This document shows, one piece after another, positions 23,885-36,816 of a stretch of 64,000 nucleotides of DNA. The notes beneath the pieces were generated by a model. That model saw nothing but the letters and a program-made list of their open reading frames with translations, searched no databases and had not been told where the DNA came from. Source of the stretch: Moniliella sp. 'wahieum' (taxonomy: Eukaryota). The number at the start of each line of letters is the position of its first letter. The first letter of the stretch is position 1. The stretch is from contig RSEE01000065.1 in assembly GCA_003971905.1 (NCBI GenBank), positions 248,001-312,000 on the forward strand, in the 5' to 3' direction. Position numbers and translations under genes: made by a program.

Positions 23885-24888
23885 ATTGTCGAAGAGTGTC
23901 GATGGGTGGAGGAGACGTGGGGGCGTTGACTTGGGGAGAACAGGCCCTGGCCAACACGAACAAGGCCAGAGGCAGACGAGGTAGGGGACGAAGGAAGGCA
24001 CGTCCAGTGCTCATAGGGTTGCAGGCACCAGAGCAGTGCTCTCTCTGCCGCAGCACCCCCGGCCTCTCAACGTTCAACGTTCAAAATTAATCGCGCTACA
24101 TTGAAATTGCAAATGGCGCCCCCGCCAGCCTCCGGCACCAAAACTGATTCATGAGCATTCAGAACGTACAACGGCTCTCCGTTAGGGAATCAGGAGGAGC
24201 AGGAGTAGCTATAGTAGCCCTCGCTTCCCAGGTTCGGAGCGACCCGAATTCCAGAGGACGGAAGTGTAGAAGGGAATGGGTTAAGAAGATAAATGAGTGG
24301 TTAAGAGTGTTGGACCGTCGAGGGAACCCCCGGGGGGCAAGAACCTGTGGGCGGATGCAGACGCATTTTGCCGACAGAATGAAGACAGGCGGATGAAAGA
24401 TGAAGCTTGAAGTCAAGCTTGAAGTTGGTCGAAGCTGGAAGCTTGAAGGCAAGCAGTCAGGCTTCGGGGCGAACAGAGGGCGTAACTGGGCCGGGACCTG
24501 TGCCTGTCCATAGGAGAAGCAGGACGCGAACGCGCGTCGCGCCCCGCCTTTTTGCACTTAGCTGGCGACGCGTCAGGCACTGCACCAGTGCTGCCAGCAG
24601 CATACCTGCATCACTGGTTGCCGATCAGTGCGACCGGTGACATGCACCCACCCGGTGCAGCTTCCCAGGGGCAGACTCATCACCAGGTGATGTCAGCGGC
24701 TGCATCCCACGAGGCGAATGTCCTCATCGGTCATCGGCCATCCTCATCGGCCATTAGCGCTGTCGTTAGTTGCGTCTGGCATTTTAGCGGGGCTGCCAAC
24801 GCGGCCAGGGCTACTACAGGCCACCTCCACCCTCTCCAACCCCAACCCTCCCGTTCGTCGTGTCGCGCACGCTGGACACTTCCCGTCC

Positions 24889-27800
24889 ATGCGCAGCCTT
24901 CGCTCCCGTCACTTCAGTCGAGATCGCGCGTCCCCCGCCTCTGCGCCCGTCTCCGCCTCCTCTCCGAAGGAGGTGGCGGGTGGCGCGGAAAAGTCGCAGC
25001 AGGAGGGACTGTCGCGCAACTCGTCGGAGCAGGTCGAAGCCATGCTGCCCCCCAGGGAGCGTAGCCCCCGCCGCAGCTCCACCCATCTTTCGAACGAGCC
25101 CGAGGCCATGGTCAGGCGTGGGCGGAGACACAAGCGCAACAGCTCCTCGGAGCAAGATGAGTTGATTTCGTCTCCTCCACGTCCCCACACTCGATCTACT
25201 TTTTCTCTCCGCCCATCCCCTTCCCTTCGCTCTAGGACGCGTGCATCTTCCAGCCCCCAGCAGCGCCGTAAGCGCGTCATTTCACTGTCGTCCGCCGATT
25301 CAGATTCCGATGAGGAAGTGTCCCGCGTCCGCCTTCAACCCGCACGCAAACGCCCTCGTGGCCACTCGCCAAAACCTATCCCGCCGTCCGACAATTCTTC
25401 TATGCGTCATCATCTGCGTTCAACTGATCGGAAAGTCGCCCCGAGAGGAAGCCCCCATTCCCAGCGCGAGGTGGCAACACCGCGCAAACAGACCCTGCGA
25501 AGGCGCTCGGCGAAGAAGAAGGATGACCTTTTTTCTTCTCGTCCCTCGTCGTCCTCGTCGTCCTCGTCTTCCACTCGTCCTCGTCCTCGTCCTCCTCTTC
25601 GTCCTCTCCTCTTCCTCCTCTTCCTCCTCTTCCTCCTCTTCCTCTTCTCATTCTTCTTCCTCTTCCTCTTCTCTTTCTTCCTCTTCCTCTTCTCATTCTT
25701 CTTCCTCTTCCTCTTCTCATTCTTCTTCCTCTTCCTCTTCTCATTCTTCTTCCTCTTCCTCTTCTCATTCTTCTTCCTCTTCCTCTTCATCCTCCTCTTC
25801 CTCCTCTACCTCCACCTCCTCTGACACTGGGTCCAGCGCCGAATCTGATGGGGCCTCTACCCACTCCAAGTCAAGCACCGGCTCTAATGCGGCCTTTACC
25901 AGCGATTCAAGCAGTGATTCCGACAATCACTTTATTTCGGGATTAAACACTGATTCTGATGATGAGAAGCCGCGTGCGCGCAAGCCTCGAGGCGTGAGCT
26001 CACTGCAGTCGCAGAGGCCTATTAAGGTCGCATCGCGCCCAAACATGGCTCGAGGGGAAATTTCTCGGTCGGCAGCCGAGGCGACTAGACGGCGCAAGGC
26101 GAAGTCTAAGGAGATGCGCCGCGCTGAGCTGGCCAAGACAGTGTCCCGGTACCGATATTTGTTGGGCAAGACCGATGTATTTCAGCACTTCCTTGACTTG
26201 CGAACCAAACGAGACCCTGAACTGGCCCGGTTGGTTGACAGGCCATCCAAAGAGTCCAAACGGCGGCAGAGGGAGGTTGAGGAGGAGGATGAACCCATGG
26301 TCTACCACCACTCGCCATCCTATGTCAAGGGAACGCTTCGTCCCTACCAGCTTGACGGCTTGAACTGGATGATGTGAGACAGCCTTTCTTCGCCTTCTTT
26401 GGTCGCATCAACTGACTTTTCCTTTTCCAGATCACTCTATCACCACCGTCTCAATGGCATCTTGGCTGATGAGATGGGTCTTGGCAAGACGTTGCAGACC
26501 ATCGCCTTTTTGGCCCATCTGAAATACGTAGAGAACAAGTCCGGCTACCATCTCGTTATCGTCCCCCGTTCCACGTTGGGCAATTGGGAACGCGAGTTTA
26601 ACAAGTGGGTTCCCGGATTTCGTACGGTCGTCCTCACTGGCGATCCAGAAGAGCGGCAGGAAGTATTGAAGGAGCATGTGCTGCAGGGCAAATTTGACGT
26701 GCTACTCACGACGTACGAGCTGTGCCTGAAGGAGAAACTGTCGCTCCTTCGTATCTCGTGGCACTACTTGATCATTGACGAAGCGCATCGGATCAAGAAT
26801 GCCAACTCGCTGTTGTCTCAGATTGTCCGACTTTTTGAATCGCATGGCCGCCTCTTGATCACCGGCACACCGCTTCAGAACAACTTGATGGAATTCTGGG
26901 CATTGCTCAACTTTTTGCTACCGGACGTGTTTTCGTCGGCGGATGAATTTGAAAAGTGGTTCCAGAGCAAGAGCTCTGAAAGCGATACCGAAGAGGGAGA
27001 GGCACGCGAAGGTAATGAGACGGATAAGCCCACGTCCGAGAAGGAGGGCGATACGACCTTGCCCGATAATCAAGAGGACCTGGATGCGTCCGAAAACAAG
27101 AGGGATATGGAAATGGACGCGGTAAGGGATCGCAACATGATCCAGCAACTTCACCAAGTCATTAGACCTTTTCTTCTGCGCCGGATTAAAGCAGATGTGG
27201 AGAAGAATCTACTCCCCAAAAGGAAATCAACCTCTTTGTTGGCCTGACCGAAATGCAACGCAACTGGTACAGGGCATTGCTTAAGCGCGATCTTGACGCC
27301 TTGACCGGACCCCGTTCCAACTCTCCGAAAGGGCGTTTACAGAACATTGTGATGCAATTACGCAAGTGTTGCAATCATCCGTACCTCTTCGATGGTGCCG
27401 AGGACAGTGTGCTTTCCTCGCCCGAGTTCAACGGAACAGACCAGCATTTGATTGACAACTCGGCCAAGATGCTTTTATTGGATCAGTTGCTGGCCCGCGC
27501 CAAGGCCAACGGCTCTCGTGTTCTCATCTTTTCTCAAATGAGCCGAATGCTCGACATCCTGTCTGACTACTGTGATTACCGCCAGTATGCCCACTCGGTT
27601 ATTGACGGCTCAACCAGCCATGAGGATCGGGTGGCGGCGATAGACGATTTCAACGCACCTGGCTCGGACAAGTTCATCTTTCTCCTCACCACACGTGCCG
27701 GTGGGTTGGGCATCAACCTTACTACGGCAGATGTAGTAGTCCTGTACGACTCGGACTGGAACCCCCAATCGGATTTGCAAGCGATGGACCGTGCTCACCG

Positions 27801-29224
27801 CATCGGGCAGACGAAACAAGTGCATGTATATCGCCTCGTGACCGAACATTCCATCGAGGAGCGCGTGCTGGAACGAGCAACCCAGAAGCTCCGATTGGAC
27901 CAACTTGTGATCCAGCAGACTGGTTCGGGCGCAGCAGGGGAGAGAAAGCGCGCCCAGCAACAATCCAAGGACGAGCTCGTCAATGCCATCCAGCACGGTG
28001 CCGACCACATCCTCCGTTCCGACGCCAAGAACGTGACTACCGCCTCCTTCCAGGAAACAGGTTCGTTTGATGAGATGCTTGCCGAAGGCGAGCGGAGGAC
28101 GAAGGCGCTGCAGGAACGGTACGCCGCGATGGGACTTGACGTCCTTACCACGTTGCAGAACGAGCCGTCGCGAGGGGACAAGAAGGAGCAAGAGGAAATG
28201 AAGGAGGATACGGCCACTGGCAGCGTTGGCCAAGACCACTGTGAACGAGGATGATGATGCAAAGATGCCTCGTCGGGCCCAGCGGCGAGTGATCAGCTAT
28301 GCTGAGGATAGATTTGATGCATCCTCTGGCTCGGAGGGCGAGGAGAAGAACGCGCAAAGGCACGCGACCACGTTGGAGGAGCTGGAGCACCTGCTGCACA
28401 AAGATATATATTATCGCTTTTGGCCGGAGCGCCTGGTGAAGTTGTCACTTCAGTACGAAGCTTCCAAGCTCCGTCTCGCTCGTTTCCACCCCCCTGAAAC
28501 GCGCGATCCTCGCCGGGGGAGACATGGGACGAGATGGAGGAGAGTCAAAAGATGCTGCAGAAGACGATCATGGCTGCGCGTCCCCTGTCTCGACAGGATG
28601 AGACCGAACGCAAGAATCTCCTGCAGCATGTGGCCAAGGAGTTAGGGCCCGAGCCCTGGACAAAGGAAGAGTTTGATGCCTATGTCATGGCCTGTGTCCA
28701 GTCCGGCCGGGGGGGTTGCTGTACCAGGTGATGGCAGTCCAGGCGGTCCGCACACCCTCGACCCAAGCCAAGACGTCTTCTCGTGCCCGCACGGCCGAGC
28801 AAGTGGCCGCATACGGCCGCCTGTTTTGGGAGCGGGGGCCGGCGGAGGTGCCAGACTGGTTGGACGTGAAGCACAAGATCCTCGAGGGCGAACGCAAGCG
28901 GACCAGAGAGCAGCTGTCGAGCAACGCGCTGACCGTGTTTGTCCAGCGCTGTACTCCTGCGGACCTGGCGCGACTGCGACAGCGCGTCTCTCCAATGGCA
29001 GCGTCGGCTTTGCGCCGCACCATGATCTTTGGCTGCTGTCGCGGCTGCTGCACTATGGCCCGGTGGACATCAACTTTGCTCAAGTCCGGCGCGATATCCG
29101 GGCCGACCCGTCGTTGCGCTGGGACATTTGGCTCCAGACCCGGCTGCCCGCCGAGCTGGAGGCGCGTGCGCGTGCGCTCCTGGCCCACGTGTGGCTGCTG
29201 CCCACCAGGCCACCCCAGAAATAG
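24889..29224 (+). CDS. ISWI-family SNF2 chromatin-remodelling ATPase with divergent SANT-SLIDE and a long Ser/Arg-rich N-terminus
   Basis: RYRYLLGKTDVFQHF; LRPYQLDGLNW|..NGILADEMGLGKTLQTI; IIDEAHRIKN; LLITGTPLQNNL; MQLRKCCNHPYLF; FLLTTRAGGLGINL; DSDWNPQSDLQAMDRAHRIGQ; SANT-like WTKEEF..AEQVAAYGRLFWER; SLIDE-like RRDIRADPSLRWDIWLQTR..ELEARARALL. Confidence 0.93.
25545..25822. repeat. Pyrimidine-rich (TCY)n / 24-bp repeat encoding poly-Ser in the ISWI N-terminus
   Basis: TCTTCCTCTTCCTCTTCTCATTCT units directly visible. Confidence 0.9.
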
Positions 29225-29866
29225 AACGGATTCCAAGGGGCTGCGTTTTGGCCAGGGGGGGTAGAGGGGGCGAGGGTAAGCGCAGCTACCACTGTGCTCT
29301 CTCTGCCCAACTAGTCGTGACGCGTGAGCGTGGTTGAGCTTTGGGGGAGATGGGATGGACGAGCATCGACGATAATCGATAATCGATAATGTGGAGCAGC
29401 CGCGGGGCTGCGCGGCACCGGCTAGGCTGCGGTGATGCATGACACTGCTGTCGTGGCTCGGCTGCTCGGCTGCTCTCCTCGGTTGTTCTCGCGCTCGCGG
29501 CATCGGCCGGCTGGGCAGCACTGCGCCACACCCGCTGGCTCCGGCCCTGCTGCGGCACGGGGGCGCACGCCCAACCACACCAGATATGTTTGGGCGCAGC
29601 AACCTAGCAACCGCCCCTCGCCAGTCCTCGCCTGCCCCCCCCACATTGCCCGGACACGTCCCGTGTGCGGTTGTTGCTCTGCCACCCAGCTGCGGTTGCT
29701 GCGTTTACAAAGAGCAGACCAGTTTGTGCGTTCTTTTGCCCTCTTTTCTCAGGGACGCTGGGACATAAAACTCACCCCATTCTGTCATTACTGGTATCCT
29801 CACCATCACCACCACCCTTCCCCCCCTCCTCTCAAGATCATCCATCATAGCAGCAGGTCCGCAACC

Positions 29867-31541
29867 ATGGCACCGATGGCACATCGCATCCAGGACCGGG
29901 TCCAAGAGCATCGGCAGCAAATGTCTGGGTAGGCATGCTCCCTTTCTGCGACTCCAAAGTCTGGCACTCACCTACAGCATCCGTTTCTTCAGTTTTTGGG
30001 GCAATACTTCCCCGCCTCCCATGCACCCCCCACCCGCCCCCCATGTCACCTCCTCCCTCCTTTTTCGGTCCTGCTGGAGCCACTGGCGCTGTCCCAGGAC
30101 ACAATAGCGGCCCTCCTCCAATGCCCGCACCGCCCGGAGCTCATCTGAGCTCCCAGCGTAATGATTTTTTTGCCCCACCCAACAACCCAGTAGGTGGCTT
30201 TTTTGCCCCAATTCCGCCGGGTTTCGGCCCACCACCGGGACTGGCGAGTTCTCAGGTCCCTCATAACCTTACCGCCTCACGGCGGGCCAGGCGTCGGCTT
30301 TGCCCCCCCGGTATCGCAACCACCGCCCCTTTGGATTTGGGGCAATCCACGGCGAGGCCCTATTGGACCTGCCGCGTACCAACACCTACCTGTACGGTTT
30401 GAGCGTCCTACGGGAATGAAAAATGGACAACGGCATGCCATACGAGTACTCGAGCATGACGGGCAAGCGCAAGGCTCTACTGATTGGGATCAACTATGTG
30501 GGGACCAAAGTGACCTTAAAGGGATGCTGGAACGATGTAGACAACATTCTTGCTTTCCTTATCACACGCGGAAACTACAAACGAGATGACATTGTCATCC
30601 TCACCGATCGCGACCGCAATCCGCGTACCGTCCCCACCCGAGCCAATATGACCGCAGGAATGAAGTGGTTGGTAGAAGGTGCCAAGCCGGGTGATGCTCT
30701 TTTCTTTCATTATTCCGGGCATGGTGGCCAAGCCCCGCCCATGACGGCGATGAAGAAGGTACGCTTGGCTTCGTCTTCTTATGCTGGCTTTTTGGCTTTT
30801 CATCCAACACCTACATCTTCTCTTCCAGCCTATACTGACTGCTACAACTTTGTATTTGACTCTGATTATTAGACGGACTGAACTCGACGATCATTCCTCT
30901 CGACTATGAACGCGCGGGTCAAATTGAGGATGATGAGCTGCATGCCGTCATGGTACGCCCACTGCCTGTGGGATGCCGCTTGACGGCAATTTTTGACTCG
31001 TGCCACTCGGGCACGGCACTCGACTTGCCCTATGTCTATTCGACCACTGGAAAAATCAAGGAACCTAAGATCCTTCAAAGCATTGGGGAAGGGGTGCTGG
31101 AAGCCGTGTTGGATTATGCCCGCGGCGACACTATGGAAGCGGTCCGAGGGTTGTTCACAACTGCCTTCACGGTCAAAAACACAAGTTCGGCAGCAGAGAT
31201 CACCAAGCGTACACGTTCCTCGGGCGCAGATGTATTAATGCTCTCTGGGTGCAAAGATTCACAGACCTCGGCCGACGCGGTCGAAGCTCAAAAAGCCGTT
31301 GGTGCCTGTTCCTGGGCCTTCATTACCGTGATGAACAAGCACCCTCGCATCACATACTACGGCTTGCTGAATGCGGTACGGGATGAACTGGTAGCCAAGT
31401 ACTCGCAAAAACCCCAAGTGCGTATCTATACTCTTTTTTGGAACGGGATGCCTCTCTCTTCCTCGTCTGCACACTACTAATATCTGCTTATTTTCTCTGC
31501 AGCTCTCTTCGTCGCATCCGATTGATCTTTCTCTGGTGTGA
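29867..31541 (+). CDS. MCA1: Type I metacaspase
   Basis: Pro-rich prodomain; GKRKALLIGINY..LKGCWNDV; FFHYSGHGGQ (catalytic His); FDSCHSGTALDLPY (catalytic Cys); SGCKDSQTSAD; YSQKPQ|LSSSHPID. Three introns. Confidence 0.95.
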
Positions 31542-31782
31542 ACGTTCTGAGAAGGGCTCCTGAACAAATTATATATATCCCGCTCATATACTCAATGATA
31601 AGATGTTACATGTTATCCCTGGCCATGACCAGCGACTGCTAGAGGGTAGTGCTAGGGTTCACCTGCACTCTCTCCAATGGATCGGTGATGCTCGCTGGTT
31701 CGGGTGATTCGCCCCTTTTGCGTGGTCTGCGCCACCCTTTGTCTGTTCCGACTTGCTTGCTTGGCTCTTGTCTTCTTCCCTT

Positions 31783-31934
31783 CAGCTTGCTTGAAGGACT
31801 TGTGGCTGACCGCCCTGCCTTCTTGCACGTCTTGAAGGTGCGCCTCTGCTTTCCTGTTCTTGTGTTGTCCTCCGCAATGCAGCTTGCTTGGAGGACTTGT
31901 GGCTGACCACCCTGCCTTCTTGCACGTCTTGAAG
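31783..31934. repeat. Pair of 55-bp direct repeats (31783-31837, 31880-31934; 2 mismatches)
   Basis: CAGCTTGCTTG(A/G)AGGACTTGTGGCTGACC(G/A)CCCTGCCTTCTTGCACGTCTTGAAG. Encodes LQDVQEGRxVSHKSxKQA twice on the minus strand. Confidence 0.9.
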
Positions 31935-32424
31935 CTCATCTCTCGTGCTGCCCATAGCGTTTCCCAGCTGCAATCTAGCAGCGACGTCGTCGCGCGCAGT
32001 TCTGTTTCTCCTTTCAACATCGCCACCTCCCCATATATATGTTTTTCCCCTCTCATCATGTCTCCGCCACAGCTGTGCACAGGAAACAAACACGTTCTCG
32101 GGTTGTTGGAGAAAATTGGATGGCGACTGCTCCCGTTAGACGTTGAGGAGATAATGAAAAGGTAGGACGTGTCGTCCCTGTCATGTCTGTGGAAGTCTGG
32201 AGAGCGAGGGAGAGATGCCAGGCGAAAACACAAGTATTTGGGGCTTGGGACCTCCGGAGTCCTGTAGGCTACGTGAGCTACTATTCTATTACGTAACTGC
32301 CGCGTGGACTCCAATGAAATTTCAGGGCGCGGCTGGACGCGTTGAAATCAACTCGCCGAGCGCGCTGCCTAGAGAAATGCTTTCCCCGCCATCTGTCGAC
32401 GCGACCCGGCGACGCCAGCACGGC

Positions 32425-35400
32425 ATGACCAGCATGGCGAATGCCCCCGAGCGCATCTCCGAGATCCTTGTCGCAATCGCCAGCGGACTCCACACTGCCA
32501 GCAGCTCCCCTGACATCAGTGATCACATCGACGCCCTCGAGCTCCTCTCCCTTACCCACGGCCTGACCTCGCGTCAGGCCCACGCAGTCCTGCGTCTCGC
32601 CATTGGCCGCGGGATCGCGTCCCCGTCGTCCTTGCTTCCTCGCTTCCTTCTCAGGCATCGGTTGACTTGGTTCCGCACAAGATGCGCGTTCCTACTCAAA
32701 CTGTTGGACTTGCTCTCCTCCGTCTCCTGCGTCCTGCACCCACCACGCGGCTCGGCCCAGCCTTTGTTCGTGACGCGCTCGGCGCTCTTGGTCCCGATCC
32801 AGGGGTGCTCGAGTTTGGTGGACCACGTGGACCACCCCTTTCGGAGCGTACGCCCGAGGTGCCTTACCGCCCTCATGTTCCCATGCGTGTCCAAGCGGCG
32901 ATTGTCACGCTTCTCTTGCGTCTCTTGGCTGTGCCCCCACTTGTGTCTGTGGTAGGCGCCGAGCATGTTTCTCTGCCGCGTTCTTTCCTTACCCACGATG
33001 CACGTACTGCGCTTTCAGACGGGTATGGAGTGTTGTTTCATTACCTTGACTATGCCACTCTTCGTCCTGCTTTGATCCGCCTGCTGGGCGCCATCACACG
33101 CAAACGACATGTGCGCCCAAACCGGGTGACCAAGCTGCTTACGCTGCAAGTCAGGGACGCGGCTTTGGCACCGCAGATGACCAAAGAGGACACCACACCC
33201 TCTTGGTTGCTTCAGATTTTTGCGCGGTACTATCCTGACTTGGTTATTGCCGGTCTTACGCGCGACGAGGAGCCCAAGACGTCGATGAACGCCGTTCTGG
33301 CTGCTGGGGCAGACGCCGCGGCTGCCGCTCAAACCGATCCTGCCTGGATCCTCGAGGTTATGGACATTGCTAGACGGCGATTCGACTCCAGCCTTGCGCC
33401 CCCTCTCCCGACGCGCGGTGGACCACCCAAACGCAAGGCGGACGACCAGGCCCTCAGGACCGCGTTGGAAGTGGAACAAGAAGCTCAAGAATCCTTGGAA
33501 TGGACTCGCAAGCGCCGTCGCATTGCTCTTTTGCGTCGTGCGCTGACCCACACCGTCGATGGCAAGATTGATCTGGACGAGGTATACGCTCGGGCGGAAC
33601 AGGAACTAGAGACTGAAGCCGCGGCAGCGGATGCCGCTGCTGCTGCAGGCCGAGGACGCGGTCGCGATGGCATTGCTGGCCGACGCGGGGGGATCGGGAG
33701 GGGTGGCTTACGTGGCCGTCCCTCGGCCGCAGGTCCGGCAGCGGCAGGGCTAGGCACTCTGGTCGGTGGCGCACCGGGCGATCGTACGGGCGGGCTGCTG
33801 GCTCTGCTTCCTAGTGACACGGGTGCCTTTGGTGGGGAGAGCCGAGGAGCGCTGTTAACGGTGATTCGCGGGTTCCGCTCTCTGGGAAGGCGCTTGGACC
33901 GTCTCGCCCTCCCAGCTCGGATCGCTGTAGCGACATCGCCCGCCTTTGCAGGCTCCTGGCCACAGAGCCTTGTCCTGGCAGCCCGGTTGGCCGTGGTAGC
34001 AACGATGCTCAAGCCTGGCGATGCACCTGAACGTTTGGGCGACTCGCTGGTCTCGGCGTTTGCTTTGGCCAAGACAGAGTGCGAGGTGCGGATGCAGACG
34101 CAGCAACAACCTGACCAGCAAAAGCACAAGGGTTTGCCGAGGCCACATGGACCCCAGCCTTAGCGACCGCTGCGGGGTGGGGTGATGCTGTGGGGGAACT
34201 TCCGACGCTTGTGGTGGACTATTTGGATCGCATGCTTGCCCATCTCACCACCGTGGTCAATGCTGCTTCGGTCGATGGGTTTGCCGCACAATTGGCCGCC
34301 TCGGCCTCGCTGCGAGAACGTGCGGCACAGCTGGATGCATTGGGGGCCAAGTCCCCTTGGCCCAGCTGCTTCCGGCGCTGATCCCGCATATTGGATTGAC
34401 CATCTCGGGTATGTCCTCCTCCCTTGCGTTTCTACATGCCGGTTGCTGACCCTGTTGTAAGTGTCCAAGCTTGAATCCATCGTGGCAACGCTGCTAGAGC
34501 TGGTACACGCATCTGCCTCGCCCTGGTCCTGGCGCATGGCATCCGTGCGTGCCCTCACGGATCTTTTGAAGTCATGGACATACAACGCCCCCTGGGATCA
34601 CTGGCTTGGCCTGGGGAAGAAAGGACAAGTGTCCGTGCGATCTATGGCTGGGGGCCGATCCCCAATGCGCCCGATGGGAGACTCGCGGTGCTATCTTCCG
34701 ATCAACTTGAGCCGCTGCTCCAAATGTCGAAATTGTAGTAAAAGCGCTGATCGAGGGAAGCCACCACCTCTTTTTATCCCGACCGGATGCACTCTCCGCG
34801 CACGAAACGTTTTGCGATGCCTGGCAGATCCTGCCTGAGGTTGCAGGCCTGCACTCGTCGATGATGTTGCGGCCGAGCGCGATTGGGCTTCATTTGCTCG
34901 CCTCACAAGTTGTCTCCCCTTCCAGGATGGCCGAGACGATTGATCGGTTGCGCCGGTCCTTTGAGCGCTGGGAGACTGTCGAGACGGCCCGTGCGACAGG
35001 CGGGGTGATTCTCCCCGAGACGAATCCGACCTTGGCGGACCTGCTGCCGGAGCTTCCGTTGACGCGGGGTGCTGGCTTGGCCACACCTCTCCCTGCTCAT
35101 GCAGCCAAGGAACTCCGAGATTACTACAGTGACGAAGCGCGGGCCAGCATCAATGCTTCGGTTGTCCTCTTGGCTGATTGCGTGTGGCGGATGAAAGGAT
35201 TTGCGACAGCCGATGTGGATGTGGTACAGCCAACGTTAAAGCTGGATCCCTGGCAGGCCACCGAGACGGGGGTATACTTTGGTCTGGGCCGACGCTTCTT
35301 TGACGATTACAACCGTCGTGCCGAGGAGCACGGTGTTGCGCCTGGGTCCGTTGGCTCGCTTGTCACAGGCCTCGCCTCCTTTGCCTTGGCAGAGCAATGT

Positions 35401-35685
35401 TTATGGTCCTTGCTCCCCGGTGAAGATGACACTAAACGCCTTCCTTCCCGGTCTCCCTTTACGTCCAACTCGCTTCGTCCTAGACGGGGACGAGCGTCAG
35501 GGACGACCAATACGTACCAAGGCCCAGCTTGGAGCGAATTTCGTGGCCAGTTCCTCCGCTGGCTCGAGGCCCGTGGCGCGGGGGGCATGTACCTCCTCCT
35601 CTCTTCCATCATGTCTTCGCTCCGCCAACTGCATGATGAGACGGCGCTGTCCCAGCCGCCTGCTCAAGCAGCCAGTCAGCCGTGA
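32425..35685 (+). CDS. mis6: Inner kinetochore protein CENP-I / Mis6 / Ctf3 homologue
   Basis: HGLTSRQAHAVLRL; RVQAAIVTLLL; YGVLFHYLDYATLRPALIRLLGAITRKRHVRPNRVTKLL; LLQIFARYYPDLV (matches the remembered Mis6 pattern YxVLF..D...R..L..LL..ITRRKHVKPFR..L..YYPD); C-terminal FRGQFLRWLEARGAGGMYLLL. Confidence 0.8.
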
Positions 35686-36816
35686 AGCGCAGTGTGGGGG
35701 TTGACCTCTGTTGGCTTGGTGCCCGTGATCTATTCGCTTTGTTGCTTTCAGGCAGTGGAGGGGGGATGCAATCATCTTGGAGTAGCAGATCGTCATGCGA
35801 ATCGACACATGGTATAGACGAGCTAAGCTGGCAGGAGCGGGGCTCGTTTGGTGTTAGATGGCTGCGTAACTAAAGCAGATAAGCAGAACACGCCAGAAAA
35901 CATCGGAGCTCCTATGGACCTGTGGAAGGACGACTGAAAAGGGCCCTCAGTGTCGGTGGCAACAAAGAAAGGGTGAGAATTACTGTGCATACTGTATGTG
36001 CGGGCGGCGGACAGTGTTTTCTGCGTTGGTGTCGATGATTTTGCCTACGACTAGCCATGAGAGAAGAGAGGAGTGTGAGAGTTTTTTTGTGAGGATCAGT
36101 GATCGGGATCAGGAGAGCTGCGGTGTGAGGTGCTGGGTGTATGTGGTGGGTGGACTGATGCGTACTGATCAGATGGACTGGGATGCGTCCTGGATGGTGG
36201 CGATGGCGGGCGCTGATGGTGGTGGAAGGGATGGTGATGATGCGGATGTGTGCGAATGATGGTTGGATGGGCTGGGGTAGGCCAGGGCTAATAGGGCAGG
36301 TTCAGATGAGCGCTGGCTGGGGCGTGAGGCTGAGGCTGAGGGCAATGCGTAATGGGTGGGGACGCAGACGACCACATCGATCACCCAATAGGAGGCGGCA
36401 TGCACCAGCGGCACGGGGGCAGCCCGAGGCGCCCTCCGCCGCCACCCCAGCCGCATCGGTGCTGGGTCGGTGGCACACGCAGCCCCCAATCGACGCATCC
36501 GCTCGATCGCATCGTGGGCACCTCAGGAGCATCGTCTGTTTGCCCTCTCAGACTGAGGCTGGCTCAGGAGTGCTAGTGACCTCACTAACCCTAGCCCACA
36601 CGCATCCGTGACACCAGAACCCCATTAACATCATCACCCATCCCAGTCATCGATCATCGATCTGATCTCGGCGTTATCAGTGATCCAGATCAGTGATCCC
36701 TGCTGGCTCCTCGGCGCGCATTCAATATTCAGCACCCATATCCAGCTGATACTCCAGCTGATACCATCGCCTGCCACCCCCCGCCACCGCCACGCCCTCG
36801 CCCTTCCAACGCCCCC

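Noticed and set aside
25400..25824. Poly-KR/RG and poly-F/L ORFs
   Set aside because: Alternative-frame and antisense readings of the poly-Ser repeat in ISWI.
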